Below, piece by piece: positions 30,132 through 45,480 of a DNA stretch of 64,000 nt; within the stretch, counting starts at the first letter, position 1, and every line of letters begins with the position of its first letter. The notes below the pieces were generated by a model. It saw nothing but the letters and a program-made list of their open reading frames with translations, had not been told where the DNA came from and did no database searches. The stretch lies in assembly GCA_964016885.1 (NCBI GenBank), contig OZ024758.1, positions 19,344,001-19,408,000 of the forward strand, in the 5' to 3' direction. The translations under genes were made by a program, and so were the position numbers. This DNA is from Eledone cirrhosa (lineage: Eukaryota).

Positions 30132-30649
30132 CTTGACCGACCAGTCTGTCTGGCGCCAATCGGCGCGGCTGGTCACAACACGTGCTGCTTTAGCCATACG
30201 ATTACGCCATTCCATGGGCGCGCAGGCGATATATATATATATATATATATATACATGGCGTGTTGCGTGGTTTTAAATGGTTTACATATGAATACATTTA
30301 GTCCTTCATCACTGATCTTCCAACCTTCATTGGTATTTCATCGCTTTAAAGATCATATACTTGCGGTTGGTGCGAGCAACGGCTAAAGAAAGTATTTGGG
30401 ACACGTAAATAGGGGTAACGAGAGAGACAGTAAACAATCAAAGATGGTAATGCAACGAAAAGTGAGGAAGAAGGAGTCAAGTCCCTTATATCGATGAACA
30501 TAAGTTCTGTGAAATCGTAGACGAGAGGGAAAAATAAAGACCATACGACCTGGTCGAAGTGTGCGTGAGGAAAGAATCTCACCCAGGTCAAACGGGAGGA
30601 AGTAGGAGAGGGAGTAGCAGAGAGTGAGTGACTGAAAGTGTGACGAAGG

Positions 30650-30838
30650 GGCTAACAGAGAGAGTGACTGTTAGAGGAAGTAAACGGAAGTGGGAGATAC
30701 AGAGAAAAAGGGAAAGCAGTAAGAAAGAAACAGACGGGTCACAGCTGTGACCTGTCTGTTTCTTTCTCACTGCTTTCCCTTTTTCGCTGTATCTCTCACT
30801 TCCTTTAACCCCTCTAACCGTCACTCTCTCTGTTAGCC
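30650..30838. repeat. Loop-less ~190-bp imperfect palindrome
   Basis: Centre GGTCACAG|CTGTGACC at 30744/30745. The left part is homologous to ~33120-33290. Confidence 0.8.
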
Positions 30839-30869
30839 TCTTCCTCATATGTATGCTTGTGTATGTACG

Positions 30870-31483
30870 TATATGGATGCGTGTATGTATTTATTTAATT
30901 TCAATTACCTCTGCATTTTATTTACTTTATTCTTAACTCTGAAGCCGAGAATCATTCGGTCTCCTAGTTAGAATTTTAGTCTACGACTTCTGCTATACCA
31001 TTTACGTGGTTTTGTCTTTGCGTGCAATTGTCCTCCCCGCTCCACATATACCGTATTATCTTCGTTTTTTTTCGTTCGTTGCCAGAGAACCTCTCTATTA
31101 ATCACCTAATAGAATATTAATCTACGACTTCTTTCATACCATAAACGTAGTTTTGTCTTTGCGTGTAATTGCTTTTCACCGCTCCAAATAATGACGTATT
31201 ATATTCGGTTGTTCCCGTTCTTTGCCAGGGAACTTTTCCACGAACCAATGTATCGTCTTCCTGTCTTCGTCCGGTTGCAATGTGTTTTGAAATATTCACT
31301 TCTGCGTTCACAGATTGACTTTGTTAGTTTCAGAAGATACCATTAAGGGTGAAAGCAGCGATTCTTTGCTTAAACTTTAATCTGTTATTTTAATAAATAT
31401 TTGCTCTACGGTGCTTATATTTTTGATATATATTTATCCTTCTCGAGCCCTCTTTGGATTTGAGTCTTCAAATTTATTATTAT

Positions 31484-31488
<5 letters not shown>
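30870..31488 (+). mobile_element. Family E interspersed repeat
   Basis: Reverse complement of 16931-17540. Ends at (TA)n. Confidence 0.75.
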
Positions 31489-31537
<49 letters not shown>

Positions 31538-31780
31538 CAATATAGGGAAAAAAGTACGACCCCGCCGGCAGAGCTCAAGCTGTTTCGACGGCTATTTCTG
31601 GACTAAATTAGCATTTTTAGCCTGGTGATTAATTATAAATTAGTCCGGAAATAGCCGTCGAAACGGCTTGAGCTTTACTGTCGAGGTCATACTTGTTTCC
31701 CTATTTCCCACTCTACTACCCTAAATATTGAGTATTCTGGTGCCGTATGGTCCATCTGGTTCCTTACCTCAATTCCTTTT
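31538..31780. mobile_element. Fold-back element in (TA)n
   Basis: 31542-31608 is inverted at ~31637-31705. Related to 4330-4503. Confidence 0.7.
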
Positions 31781-31791
31781 ATATATATATA

Positions 31792-32273
31792 GTGTATTTT
31801 GCAATACACTGTATGCTTAATAAAAAGCATTTTGAAGACCTTACGCTATTGTTTTAGAGTAGTGACAGTCTCACTTACTTTAAATTTTCACCAAACAAGG
31901 GGAGATAAAGCTGACAGATCTCTGTTTCGTACTATTTGGTACTTATCAAAGCTTAGAGCTCCACCTGTTTGCTGAAAATCATGAATATTTGATTCCTATA
32001 GAATTCTAGAAATAATCAGGAACTGATTATTCAGAGCGGATGCCGGTCAAGCAGAAATTGAAAATTATAAATGGTGATCTGGAATAGCGATATATATATA
32101 TATGTCAGCTTTATCTCCCCCTGTTTGCTGAAAATTTAAAGTAAGTGAGACTGTCACTACTCTAAAACAATAGCGTAAATTATTCAAAATGCATTTAATT
32201 AAGCATACTGTGTATTGCAAAATACACAATATATACATTCATATATATATATATCGCTATTTCAGAGCACGAA

Positions 32274-32279
<6 letters not shown>
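31792..32279. mobile_element. Inverted-arm PLE-type element
   Basis: 31792-31916 is inverted at 32103-32227. Contains a complete HHR. Confidence 0.75.
31908..31954 (-). ncRNA. Type I hammerhead ribozyme, U3-A8 variant
   Basis: Minus strand AAGCT-TTGATAA-GTAC(CAAATA)GTAC-GAAACAG-AGAT-CTGTC-AGCTT: all three stems are present, with a GUC triplet. Confidence 0.8.
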
Positions 32280-32302
<23 letters not shown>

Positions 32303-32310
<8 letters not shown>

Positions 32311-32656
32311 GTGGGTTTTTTTTTACAAAATGAAAAATAACCGAGGTGTCCTACACGAGTGAAAGTATAAAGAAAAAGAGATGAAATCGAAAATGCAACT
32401 GGAGTCTTATTTTTATTAAAAATATATATATTTATTTGGTTCCTTTACCGGTTTCGCAGTTCTTCTGCTTTCCGAAAGGTGAGTTGAGATGGAGGGTCTG
32501 TGGTTTTTCTCACATCTGAAAAAAAACACAGACCCTCCATCTCAACTCACCTTTTGAAAAGCAGAAGAACTGCGAAACCGGTAAAGGAACCAAATAAATA
32601 TATATATTTTTAATAAAAATAAGACTCCAGTTGCATTTTCGATTTCATCTCTTTTT

Positions 32657-32663
<7 letters not shown>
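32303..32663. mobile_element. Palindromic family H element in (TA)n
   Basis: 32366-32508 is inverted at ~32520-32663. Other copies at 49612-49805 and 49904-50091. Confidence 0.8.
32550..32587 (+). ncRNA. Minimal hammerhead ribozyme, U3-A8 variant (family H)
   Basis: CCTT-TTGAAAA-GCAG(AAGAA)CTGC-GAAAC-CG-GTA-AAGG. Confidence 0.75.
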
Positions 32664-32736
<73 letters not shown>

Positions 32737-32758
32737 ATTGAAAATGGCAATCTGTGCT

Positions 32759-33466
32759 GTTGCAAATATGATATATATAATAATTGATGAATTATAAATA
32801 GAATCCAGGAATGTCCGTCGTCAGTGTTCTACTAGCCATCATAGGTATTTCTTCGCATTACAGACCATATACCTCCAGGTAGGGCGATACAATAACTAAA
32901 TTAACTAAAGATTTGGGTGGAGAGGGATAGACAGGTCAACAAACGCGAATGGTGAAGCAACGTAAAGAGAGGAAAGAATGTGAAAATCAAGTCAATAATT
33001 CATTTCGAACATAAGAACTTGCAAATATTGACGAGAAGGCAAAGACACATCTTGGTCGTGCGGATGTGAGCGAGGAAAGAATCTCGTCCGGTGTGGGACG
33101 ATGGAGGAGGTGATAGAGATGGTGAGTAGCAGAGAGTGAGTGAGTGAAAGTGTGAGGAAGAGGATAGCTGAGAGAGCGTGACTAATAGAGGGGGTGAGTG
33201 AAAGTATGATGGAGAATGAGAGAGAAGGGGGAGAGAGAAAGAGGATAGCAGTAAGCGAAGAGAACTAGAAATGTCACAGCAAAGGGGAAAGCATATGTGA
33301 ATGAAAAATGGCGAGCTGTGTCGTTGCAAAAACGATATATATAATACATGAAGAATTAGAAATAGAAGCCAGGAATATCCGTCATCAGTTGTCTACTAGC
33401 CATCATAGGTATTTCTTCGCACTACACACCATATACCTCCAGCTAGGGCGATACAATGACTAAATT
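32759..33466. mobile_element. Element with ~145-bp direct terminal repeats, in (TA)n
   Basis: 32759-32903 is repeated at 33323-33466. The core is related to 30360-30730. Confidence 0.7.
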
Positions 33467-33468
33467 AG

Positions 33469-33526
<58 letters not shown>

Positions 33527-33750
33527 AGGTAATGAATTCTTTTACAATGGAATCAGCTCGAATGAGGAAAAATATATCCCCTGAGCACCCCAAATAACTT
33601 CTCATTCACTACCAGAAAGGGACACAGCAGTCAACTTGTTGTTGCTACCTAGATGAAAACTACTATGAAATCCCACAATGAATTTTATACTTGACTTTTC
33701 AAATCTCAAATTTTAACTCTTCGTATTATTAATTTTTCTTAATATTAATC

Positions 33751-33798
33751 AACATTTGAAAAGATGGCTTTTGCAGACCCATCGAAACCGGTCATTTT
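33751..33798 (+). ncRNA. Minimal hammerhead ribozyme, U3-A8 variant
   Basis: AACAT-TTGAAAA-GATGG(CTTTTGCAGAC)CCATC-GAAAC-CG-GTC-ATTTT. Confidence 0.7.
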
Positions 33799-33903
33799 TT
33801 ATACCCTTTATTATTTTCTTACCTTATAAAATTATATGTTTTTTCACAAAAAAGTATTCTGTCTCTTATATATTCCATGTGCCATTGCCAACCTCAATTT
33901 TCT

Positions 33904-34080
<177 letters not shown>

Positions 34081-34133
34081 CGAGTTTAACTGAAATAGCA
34101 TACTGATTCCCTGGTAGTTCCGCTGGCATCATA

Positions 34134-34320
34134 AGGCGGTGGACTGGCAGTACCGGTAGAGTGTCTGACGCAATGATTTACAGCAAAGAGTTACGGTCCT
34201 TTATGGTCTGAGTTCAAATCTGGCCGAGGGTAACTTTGCCTTTCATCCATACGGGTTCGATAAAATAAAGCACCAACAATACACTGGAGTAATTGCTGGA
34301 CTTGTGCCAAAAGTAGAAAC

Positions 34321-34323
<3 letters not shown>
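34134..34323 (+). mobile_element. tRNA-derived SINE
   Basis: Full head GGCGGTGGACTGGCAGTA, B-box, central domain and tail. Confidence 0.9.
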
Positions 34324-34361
<38 letters not shown>

Positions 34362-35484
34362 TTTACAGCAGTGACATATAGAGGTACTTACGTCGTGTTG
34401 GGTTATACAACCGCTAGTCGTTCAGCCTGTAGTTACAACGTCCTACATATGTGTGTGTATATATACAAGGGCAACTGTGTACTGGCGTGATAGGGACGAC
34501 ATTTATGTTGACCCAACGATTATTAAATTATGGCTTTCTTAGTGCAGTCAAACTTGAGATAATTGAAAGTGTAAAATATTTAAAACAACACATACTACTT
34601 AAATGTTTCCAGCTAGCATGCGATGTTTGTTTGTTTTACCATTATTTAGAACTTTCCATTTTCTATAATAATAGTTGATTTAAATTAGTCTGCTTTCCAC
34701 AATCTATAATTAAAAGTACACGTTCCACTGCTTCACTGCCGTCTTCTTCTTCTTCTTCTTCTTCTTTCAATTTCAAGCAATTTATAATTACACCTAAAAA
34801 CCGAAGTCAATTGTAATTTGTTCTGATTGAAGTGAACATATATCATATCGTAATTTGTTGTGTCTAATATACTTTGTATGGCGAAGACAAATTTGCATTA
34901 AATACATGATCATCGTCCTTAATCAGTTTTCGATATATAGTGAGATGTAATCAGGGTGTCTAGCTCATTGATTAAAAACAGTTAATATATAGTACACAAT
35001 GGCATAAATGGTGACATTAGGGGCTAGGGTAAAAAAAGACAACATTAGTATAGTATCAGAATCTCACTGTTGCTACTATATACATTAAAGAATAGCAGGC
35101 CATCCGTTGTGAATTTATAATGTTAGATATATCATTACTCAACGCATAATATACACATTCATACAGACTCGGTTAATCCTACTCTATACCTCTACAGCCT
35201 TATATTTATTATATTAGATACACAAAGTTGGTAAATATATCTTGCAGTAAAGATTTGGAAAAAAAGAATAATTAAGATTAAGAACAAGAGAATAATATGA
35301 AAGGATAGAATATATATAAGATGAAATAGTTTGATTATGAGTGAACGCATGAATTATATGCCTGTATGTTAAATAAATCTGTCTTGTGTATATATTTAAA
35401 CGTACTAAGATACATGAGCACGCACGGGATAAATAAATGCATACACTTCCAAGAAATTCAGTACATCTGTCTATCCGACTTTGT

Positions 35485-35558
<74 letters not shown>

Positions 35559-35997
35559 TTATTTATATATATTATTATAAAGAAAACGAAAAATCAGTGA
35601 TGCTTCTGGACTTAGTTTATTTCGTGGTACAATTGTTTCGCCGGCAGGTAGCTAGAGTCATAGTCCTTGTTTGGATCTGGCCGATTCTACTTCTACAGGT
35701 TCTTTCAGACATGGGTGTTACGTCCGGAACAAATGTTATCACTGGGGTGTTATCATAAAAAAAGACCCTAAAAAAAAACTATTTCCACTCTTGTCATGCC
35801 GGGTTCAGTACTTCACACGTCTGCTCACACTTCAGAGTAAGCACCCACACATAAAAACACACACACATGCAGACACATACCTATCTATGCATTCACACTC
35901 GTACGCCTACATGCGCAGACGTCCTCACCCCCACTTACATACATACATATATATACATATACATATATATATATATATATATATACATATATATATA

Positions 35998-36094
<97 letters not shown>

Positions 36095-36124
36095 AGACAC
36101 ACACACGGATACACATGCATATAG

Positions 36125-36303
36125 ATTGACAGTATCGGTTGAGGGTCGGACGCCATGCGTTCCAGCATAGTCACGTCCCTTTACAATCTGAGTTCAAATC
36201 CCGCCTAGGTTGACTATGCTTTTCATCCTTACGGGGTCGATACAATTAAGTACCAGTAATGGACTGGATATTTGCTGGCCTTGTGCCTAAAGTAGAAACA
36301 ATT
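36125..36303 (+). mobile_element. tRNA-derived SINE
   Basis: Same family motifs. Confidence 0.9.
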
Positions 36304-36485
36304 ATATATATATATATATTTTGATTTAGATTAAATTCATTTGATTTATCTTAATTTTGGATATATATATATATATCCAAAATTAAGATAAAACAAATGA
36401 ATTTAATCTAAATCAAAATTATGGGTCTCATGCCAGAAAGACATGCGCCATATCACCCGCGAAATCTCCTGTCATTTCTAGTTAT

Positions 36486-36544
<59 letters not shown>

Positions 36545-36589
36545 ATATAAACAGACACACACACACACGGATACACATATTATATATAT

Positions 36590-37069
36590 ATATTATAATG
36601 AAATGACAAAAGGCTGGATTTGTGTAAATCCTTGAAAGGTTTATTATACTATGATCATTTCTATGACCGGGTTCCGTATGAATACGGTGACATCATCAGG
36701 TATTCGAAATATAATACGTGAATGTAATAGATAAAATCCATGGGGCTGAAAATCGAGGACCCGATTTTCAGCCCCATGGATTTTATCTATTACATTCACG
36801 TATTATATTTCGAATACCTGATGATGTCACCGTATTCATACGGAACCCGGTCATAGAAATGATCATAGTATAATAAACCTTTCAAGGATTTACACAAATC
36901 CAGCCTTTTGTCATTTCATTATAATATTTAACTCCGTAATAGCACCACCAACTACAAAAATAAAGACGGTTGAACTGCCTTACGTTGAGTACTCTCTATA
37001 TTATTGCATTACGATTGACCATACGGAATAGACCAGCTCTATACAGTGGTGAACCTCATACCTGAATAA

Positions 37070-37076
<7 letters not shown>
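36590..37076 (+). mobile_element. Family G element: 166-bp inverted arms plus unique tail, in (TA)n
   Basis: 36590-36755 and 36762-36927 are reverse complements with a 6-nt loop. HHR-like CTGATGA..CCGTA(TTCA)TACGG-AACCCGGTC at ~36818-36852. Confidence 0.8.
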
Positions 37077-37129
<53 letters not shown>

Positions 37130-38232
37130 TATATATATACATAAATATAAATTCAGCGAGAATCGCATTTCGGCGGTAGAAAAAGCAAAAGTTAGTCAAG
37201 GATTTTAATAAACGTGTTTGTGATTAACACTACATGTATGAGTATCTTTATATTTTAATAGTTTTTTTTTTCTGTTCATTTATTCTTGAAGCACGAAGAA
37301 ATTTCATTGAAAATAAAATACTAGCTGATTCTTTAACTGCTTGTCACTTATTGAAATGTCTCGAAGCTGAAGGAAGTTGAAAGAACATTCATTGTCATTG
37401 GAGAAGTCGAATAATGTCAACAATTTCTTTACTGCTTGTGACACACAATTAGTGAACGTTGATGTCTTACTTGTCAGGAAGTCTTAATGTATGCTCTGTT
37501 AGTTTCGGAGCCGACATTGACAAGAAAACAAATATTACTTAAAACAAACAACTAAAACAATCCAAGTCATATTGGCGTTAAATATGCCGTGCGTCTGATT
37601 AAAATAAGCTTGATTTCATTATCAACTTTGCTAATTATATGGGATAAATGTAGGCGTAGTATTTAAAATAGATATTGTTATTTCTTTTTAAATTTTATTC
37701 ATTCATTTGTTCATACTTTCACGTCTCACGTTCTTTAGATTCTTACAATTTTCTCGCTCTTTAGATTCTATATTATGTAAATCATAAGCTTCATATTTAC
37801 TACCAGATTATCTAATGTGTGAGGACATTGTTCATAATCGCCACGAGGGAAAATAAATGGAATAGTTGTTTCTACTTTTGGCACAAGGCCAGCAATTATC
37901 GTACCCACTACTGCAAACACACAGTGTTTCTTTTTTTTATGTTTAACCCTCACCTATATATGTATATACAGGGAGTGTAACTTAGAGTTACTGTAGGTTC
38001 ACTCTGGTGAGCACTCGATGTTTAGGTTCACTTCAGTGTCGAGGTGTAGAGTAGACAGAGTGTATTATAATGAAATCAGATAAGAAGGACGATTGGTTAC
38101 TCTTTCATTACGTTTATTGTTTGGTGACTCGCGTTTCGCCACAGATCAGCTCAAGGTTCGATCTGTATCGATCTAACCTTACTGTGTAATCCGAAGAGGG
38201 CTCGTTAAGGATAATATGCATATGTATATATA

Positions 38233-38289
<57 letters not shown>

Positions 38290-38291
38290 CC

Positions 38292-40210
<1,919 letters not shown>

Positions 40211-41965
40211 ATATATGTGAGAGTCATGTGAGTATGCGCGTTAAGTAAAGGGATAAACCACAGAGCATATATACGAAATACATTTGAAGATAATGTGTAG
40301 CAATACATATATTAGTAATATAAACGTCAATTAAATCGGGTTAATTACCATTGCAACGGAAACACGTTGAACAGAGAAGCACCTGGGAATCGAACCCGGC
40401 ATGTGTAATAATCCTGACACCAAAACACCTGTTTAACTTTGCATATGTTTCAGGTGTTAAAAATTACATTTTAAACTTATATTTTCAAGTGAACTTTTAT
40501 TAATTATTCAGAAATAATTTTTTTATATTTTTCTCTTTCTTCTAAATTTCCTTTAACTATAAAGTTGTATCAATTGATTATTAATAATTAGAAATCTTAA
40601 TTTTAGTTATCACCCCCCCCCTCACACAACATCTTATTTCTAATAACATTTTCTTGGTAACCTTACTCTCTTCCGCCTTTAATGCTTTTGTTTTGGCTTT
40701 GCGTCTTAACATTCGTTTCTTATATTTTGATTTTCCTACCTTTTAAATCCGTTTTCTTTTTCCGGCTCCCTATTTCTTTTTCTACTTCATTCTTTGTAAG
40801 CTTTTCTTCTGTTCGTATATTGCTCTCATTATTCCACTATTCTTTTTATCCTCTTGACATAATACTGAATACCTTGCTTTTCCAATATTATTCATTCTTT
40901 AGTCTGTTGGCTGTTTCAATCCTTCTGACTATATTTATGTATTTCTTTTATATGTGGTTTCTTAGTTTATTTTTTTTTATCCATCTCTTTAACACTACAT
41001 TTCTCTTATATTTCCTCTTTAGTACTGTTTTTTCACAACGGTATTTGATTCTTCCAATCGAGTATTAAGATTTGTTCGTCTTTTCTTTCCTTAACTCCTA
41101 CCATTCAGTAAACCTTTCTACCAATATTCACGTTTACTGCTATGTTTGCTTAACATAACTTTGACAATTGTCTTTTAGTTGCGTTGGTAAAGCATTGAAC
41201 ATTTGTTCAACTAGTTGCCACCTTATTAGAATTTATTTCATATTGTTTGATTATTATTTGTTTATTTTATTTTCTATCTGATTTGCACAGTAGTGTTTCA
41301 TAGAAGACCTATATTTAAATTTCAGTCATCATCTTAGCATACTTCTAGTTTCTTTTAAAATCCATTTTCATTCTTATCATTACAGAAGAATACATTCCAT
41401 TCAAATGAATTTCTTAAAAGAAAGAAGTAAAGCTACAGTAAAGAAGACAACGAAAAACATATTACTGAAACATATATAGAAAATACCTCTCAATCTCTTC
41501 TGTGTTTTTCCTCACTTCCGTTCCCCCAGAATAAGCGAGATTTGAGAAAAATAACCAAGAAAGATTGCTTGTGATTAAGATATTTATTTCAACATATACA
41601 ATTCAGAACGTCAACAAATCTCGGTTCAAATTCCATCATAAACATCGGATAACATTGTATCTTAAAAATGTGAATGTCAGATCTATCATCTAACTCCGTC
41701 CGACGGGGAGTTCTCCCACACACGTAGGGGTGTGTGACGGTTGTCGACTCTTGAGAAATTGGGTATAGCTATCAGTATGTGAAACTCCTCATTTTGCCAC
41801 ATTTCTACTCTATTTGGGGCACCTTATTTAATGGTACTCTCCGTTTGGGTTTTTATAGGTTTGCATATTTAAATAAACAAACAGTGTTAATAGGTTTTCT
41901 GATGTTCGAATGACTTTTCTATATCTTCGATCAATCAAGGACTCATTTCACAACTCTTTATTTAT

Positions 41966-42183
41966 AGGGCGGGGAATTGGCAGTATTGGTTGAGGGTCGG
42001 ACGCCGTGCTTTGCAGCATCGAGTTATGTCCATTTACGGACTGAATTCAAATCTCACCGAGGTTAACTTTGCCTTTCATCCTTACGGGGTATATGAAATA
42101 AAGCACCAGTAACGTACTGGGGTCGCCTTAATCAACTGTCCTCTCCTCCAAAATTACTGGCTTTTTGCCTATACTAGAAATTA
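41966..42183 (+). mobile_element. tRNA-derived SINE
   Basis: Same family motifs. Confidence 0.85.
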
Positions 42184-42439
42184 TGTATTTACTATATAAA
42201 TAAAATTGCCACTTCAATAGAGGTTTAATATTTTAGTTATTTCAACGAGAACGACACACCGTGGTATATATTTTGAGTTTACTCTGCTCCGGCCGTTTAG
42301 TTTAATAATGAGAATTATTCCCCAATGTAGAAAGGATTGTAAGTCCGTAGCAGGGAAGACATTTCATGTTCATGCAACTCATGTTGATCAATTGATAGCA
42401 ATTCTGGAAATTGAGATTCAAATATCAAATATTTGCTTC

Positions 42440-42572
42440 TACTGTATCTTTTCGACTCCGTAAGGATGAACATTTAACCTCGACGGGATTTGAACTCAGA
42501 CCATAAAGCGACGTAAGTATGCTGGAAAGCATGGTGTCCGACCCTCTACAGATACTGCTAATTCACCGCCCT
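42440..42572 (-). mobile_element. tRNA-derived SINE (partial)
   Basis: Head and B-box on the minus strand. Confidence 0.8.
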
Positions 42573-43009
42573 ACAAACATCAAATCATGTATATATGGTA
42601 GAATGCATTTATGCATGTATGTATGTATGTATAATGATATATAGATTTGCTGGACGCGTTGTGAAAAGTGTAGTATACACTATTTTTCTTGAAACATGTA
42701 ACTGTGAATTGAATGCTAAATAGATTATGATATCGAACCAAATACTATTTTACCCCTCCCTCTTCCTCTCTCTCTCTATCTCTCTTTCTATCTGCCCCCC
42801 TCTCTTTCTCACTCTCTCTGTTTATTCATATATATACACATACATATATCAAAAGGAATGAAAAGTGTACCCAAAATATGTTGTGTCGCTTGAAAAGGTG
42901 TGGCACAGTCTAAGTAAGATTTGTAATACTACAAATTTCACAGCCGCAATAAATCATGTCTCTCTCTATTTCGGAGTGCGCGCGCGCACACACACACACA
43001 CATATTTTT

Positions 43010-43158
43010 ACATATATATGTGTGTGTAAATATATATGTCTATATGTGTATATATATATAATGTTTGTGTTTATATATGTGTATATAATGTGTGTGTTTA
43101 TATATGTGTATATATGTGTTTGTATATATGTGTATATATGTGTTTGTATATATGTGTT

Positions 43159-43200
<42 letters not shown>

Positions 43201-43216
43201 TAAATGTATATATATG

Positions 43217-43278
<62 letters not shown>

Positions 43279-43504
43279 TATATAAATGTATGTATATATA
43301 TGTATATATATATGTATATATATATATATATATATAAATGTATGTATATATATGTATATATATGTATATATATATATATGCATATATATATGTATATATA
43401 TATATATATATGTATATATAAGTATATATATATATGTATATATATGTATATATATGTATATATATATATGTATATATATGTATATATATGTATATATATG
43501 TATA

Positions 43505-43594
<90 letters not shown>

Positions 43595-43610
43595 TGTATA
43601 TATATGTATA

Positions 43611-43655
<45 letters not shown>

Positions 43656-43656
43656 G

Positions 43657-43687
<31 letters not shown>

Positions 43688-43723
43688 GTATATATATATA
43701 TATATATATATGTATATGTATTC

Positions 43724-43754
<31 letters not shown>

Positions 43755-43767
43755 TGTATATGTATTC

Positions 43768-43811
<44 letters not shown>

Positions 43812-43890
43812 GCACTTATATGTATATAGGTATATTTATGCACTTATATGTATATAGGTATATTTGTATTTATATATATGTGTGTGTGTG
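43010..43890. repeat. Imperfect (TA)n/(TGTA)n array
   Basis: Directly visible. Confidence 0.95.
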
Positions 43891-43931
43891 TATACGGAAA
43901 TCAATTCTAAGGAATGTTCCATTATGATCCT

Positions 43932-43962
<31 letters not shown>

Positions 43963-44377
43963 CATACGGTGAGAGGGAGACGTATTTCGAGAACCCATTT
44001 TACACTATGCTGGTTAATGTTTAGATGTGGATATTTTGACAGGACCAAATGCAGTTAGCGTGAAATCAGTTTTGATTATATTTTCGTATTAGTATTACTA
44101 TTCTTCTTTCTTAAAAAAAATCGATCAGTACTCCATCATTATTCTTTATGTAACTGCAAATACTTTCCTACTTAGTTTCTAAATTCTTTCTTTATAACTT
44201 TAGATTTTTTTTCTTGTTAATGTTTCTGCTGAACAGTGTATAAACTCTCGCTTTGTAATTTTCGACGATGTAGCAGATATATTTCCATTTGAACTTGGAT
44301 GTATTCACAGATTTTCAGTGCAGTTTATATCAGACACAAGGCTACACAGTTAAACAGTTCATTATGACAAATAGAGA

Positions 44378-44832
44378 AAATCATGGTTTCCTATTTAAGC
44401 ACAAGACCAGCAATTTGGCGGGAGGGGCAGGTTCTATTAAATCGACGTCAGTTCGTGACTGGTACTTTATTTTATCGACCCCCGTAAGAATGAAAGGCAA
44501 AGTTAACCTCGGCAGGATTTGAACTCAAATCATAAACTCTATGCTGACAATCCATGACGTCCGACCCTCTACCGATACTGCCAATCGACTGCGTTACTAA
44601 GAGACACATTAATGGTTTCTTATATAGACACAAGGCCAGCAATTTTGGGGGTAGGGGAAAGTCGATTGAATTGTCCCCAGTGCGTGACTTGTACTTTATT
44701 TTATCGACCATGTACGGATGAAAGACAAAGTTAACCTCTGCGAGATTTGAACTGAGACCAGAAAGGGCCGTAACTCTATGATGCAAAACATGGCGTCCGA
44801 CCATCTACCGATACTGTCAATTCACCGCCCTA
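44378..44832 (-). mobile_element. Two tandem SINE copies (44378-44586, 44609-44832)
   Basis: Same family motifs twice on the minus strand. Confidence 0.85.
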
Positions 44833-45057
44833 CAACGAGACAAAATAATAGAATAGTAAGCATTGTTGAAAATCAAGCTGGGAATTCATAATCCCTTATT
44901 CTAAAACATGTTCTTTCTTATATGAACTGTTTCAAATGTATACAAGCATGATTGAATTGGTGTCTTACTTTTATAAACAGTGAAATACAAACATGTATTC
45001 CATGGAAGTCATACGGGATTAATTAAAATATTTTTAATATTTGTGAAGGCGCGAGGT

Positions 45058-45200
45058 TGAATTCAAATCCCGCTGAGGTTAACTTTGCCTTTCATCCTTA
45101 CGGGGTCGATAAAATAAAGTACCAGTCACACGCTGGGGTCGAGTTAATCCCCTTTCCCTTCCCCAAACATCTCTGGCCTTGTGCCTATATAAGAAACCAA
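45058..45200 (+). mobile_element. SINE, 5'-truncated
   Basis: Runs from the B-box to the tail. Confidence 0.8.
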
Positions 45201-45204
45201 TATT

Positions 45205-45480
45205 TTTGAAGGCGAATGACCTAATGGGTAGCATGATTGGCGTTGCATCAAAATGTCATAGGTTTAAATCCTGGGGAAGCTGCTACATTTTGTTCTTGAC
45301 CAAAAGACTGTATTCACATTGTTCCATTACATTCAGGTAAGAGTGAGTACCAGCAATAATTGGGAAGTTAATCCAGTGATAGCCCGCTGTTCTATCCTGC
45401 GATACATCGGCGTCCTATCATATATTGAGCTCTTAGTCGGTTAACGCCAAGAAAGCCGGAAATAAGAACCGGCCTGATGA
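45205..45480 (+). mobile_element. Second, degraded tRNA-headed SINE type
   Basis: A-box-like TGACCTAATGG and B-box-like GGTTTAAATCC, then TTCTTGACCAAAAGACT..CACATTGTTCCA..GAGTACCAGC. Confidence 0.45.

Noticed and set aside
31328-31365. CAGAAGA...GAAAGCAGCGA in family E as a hammerhead
   Set aside because: No NUH triplet or stem I, and stem II is not consistent between copies.
35625-35650. GAAAC-AATT-GTA half-hammerhead (minus; similar at 15805 and 38126)
   Set aside because: Matching CUGANGA box and stems are missing; remnants at best.
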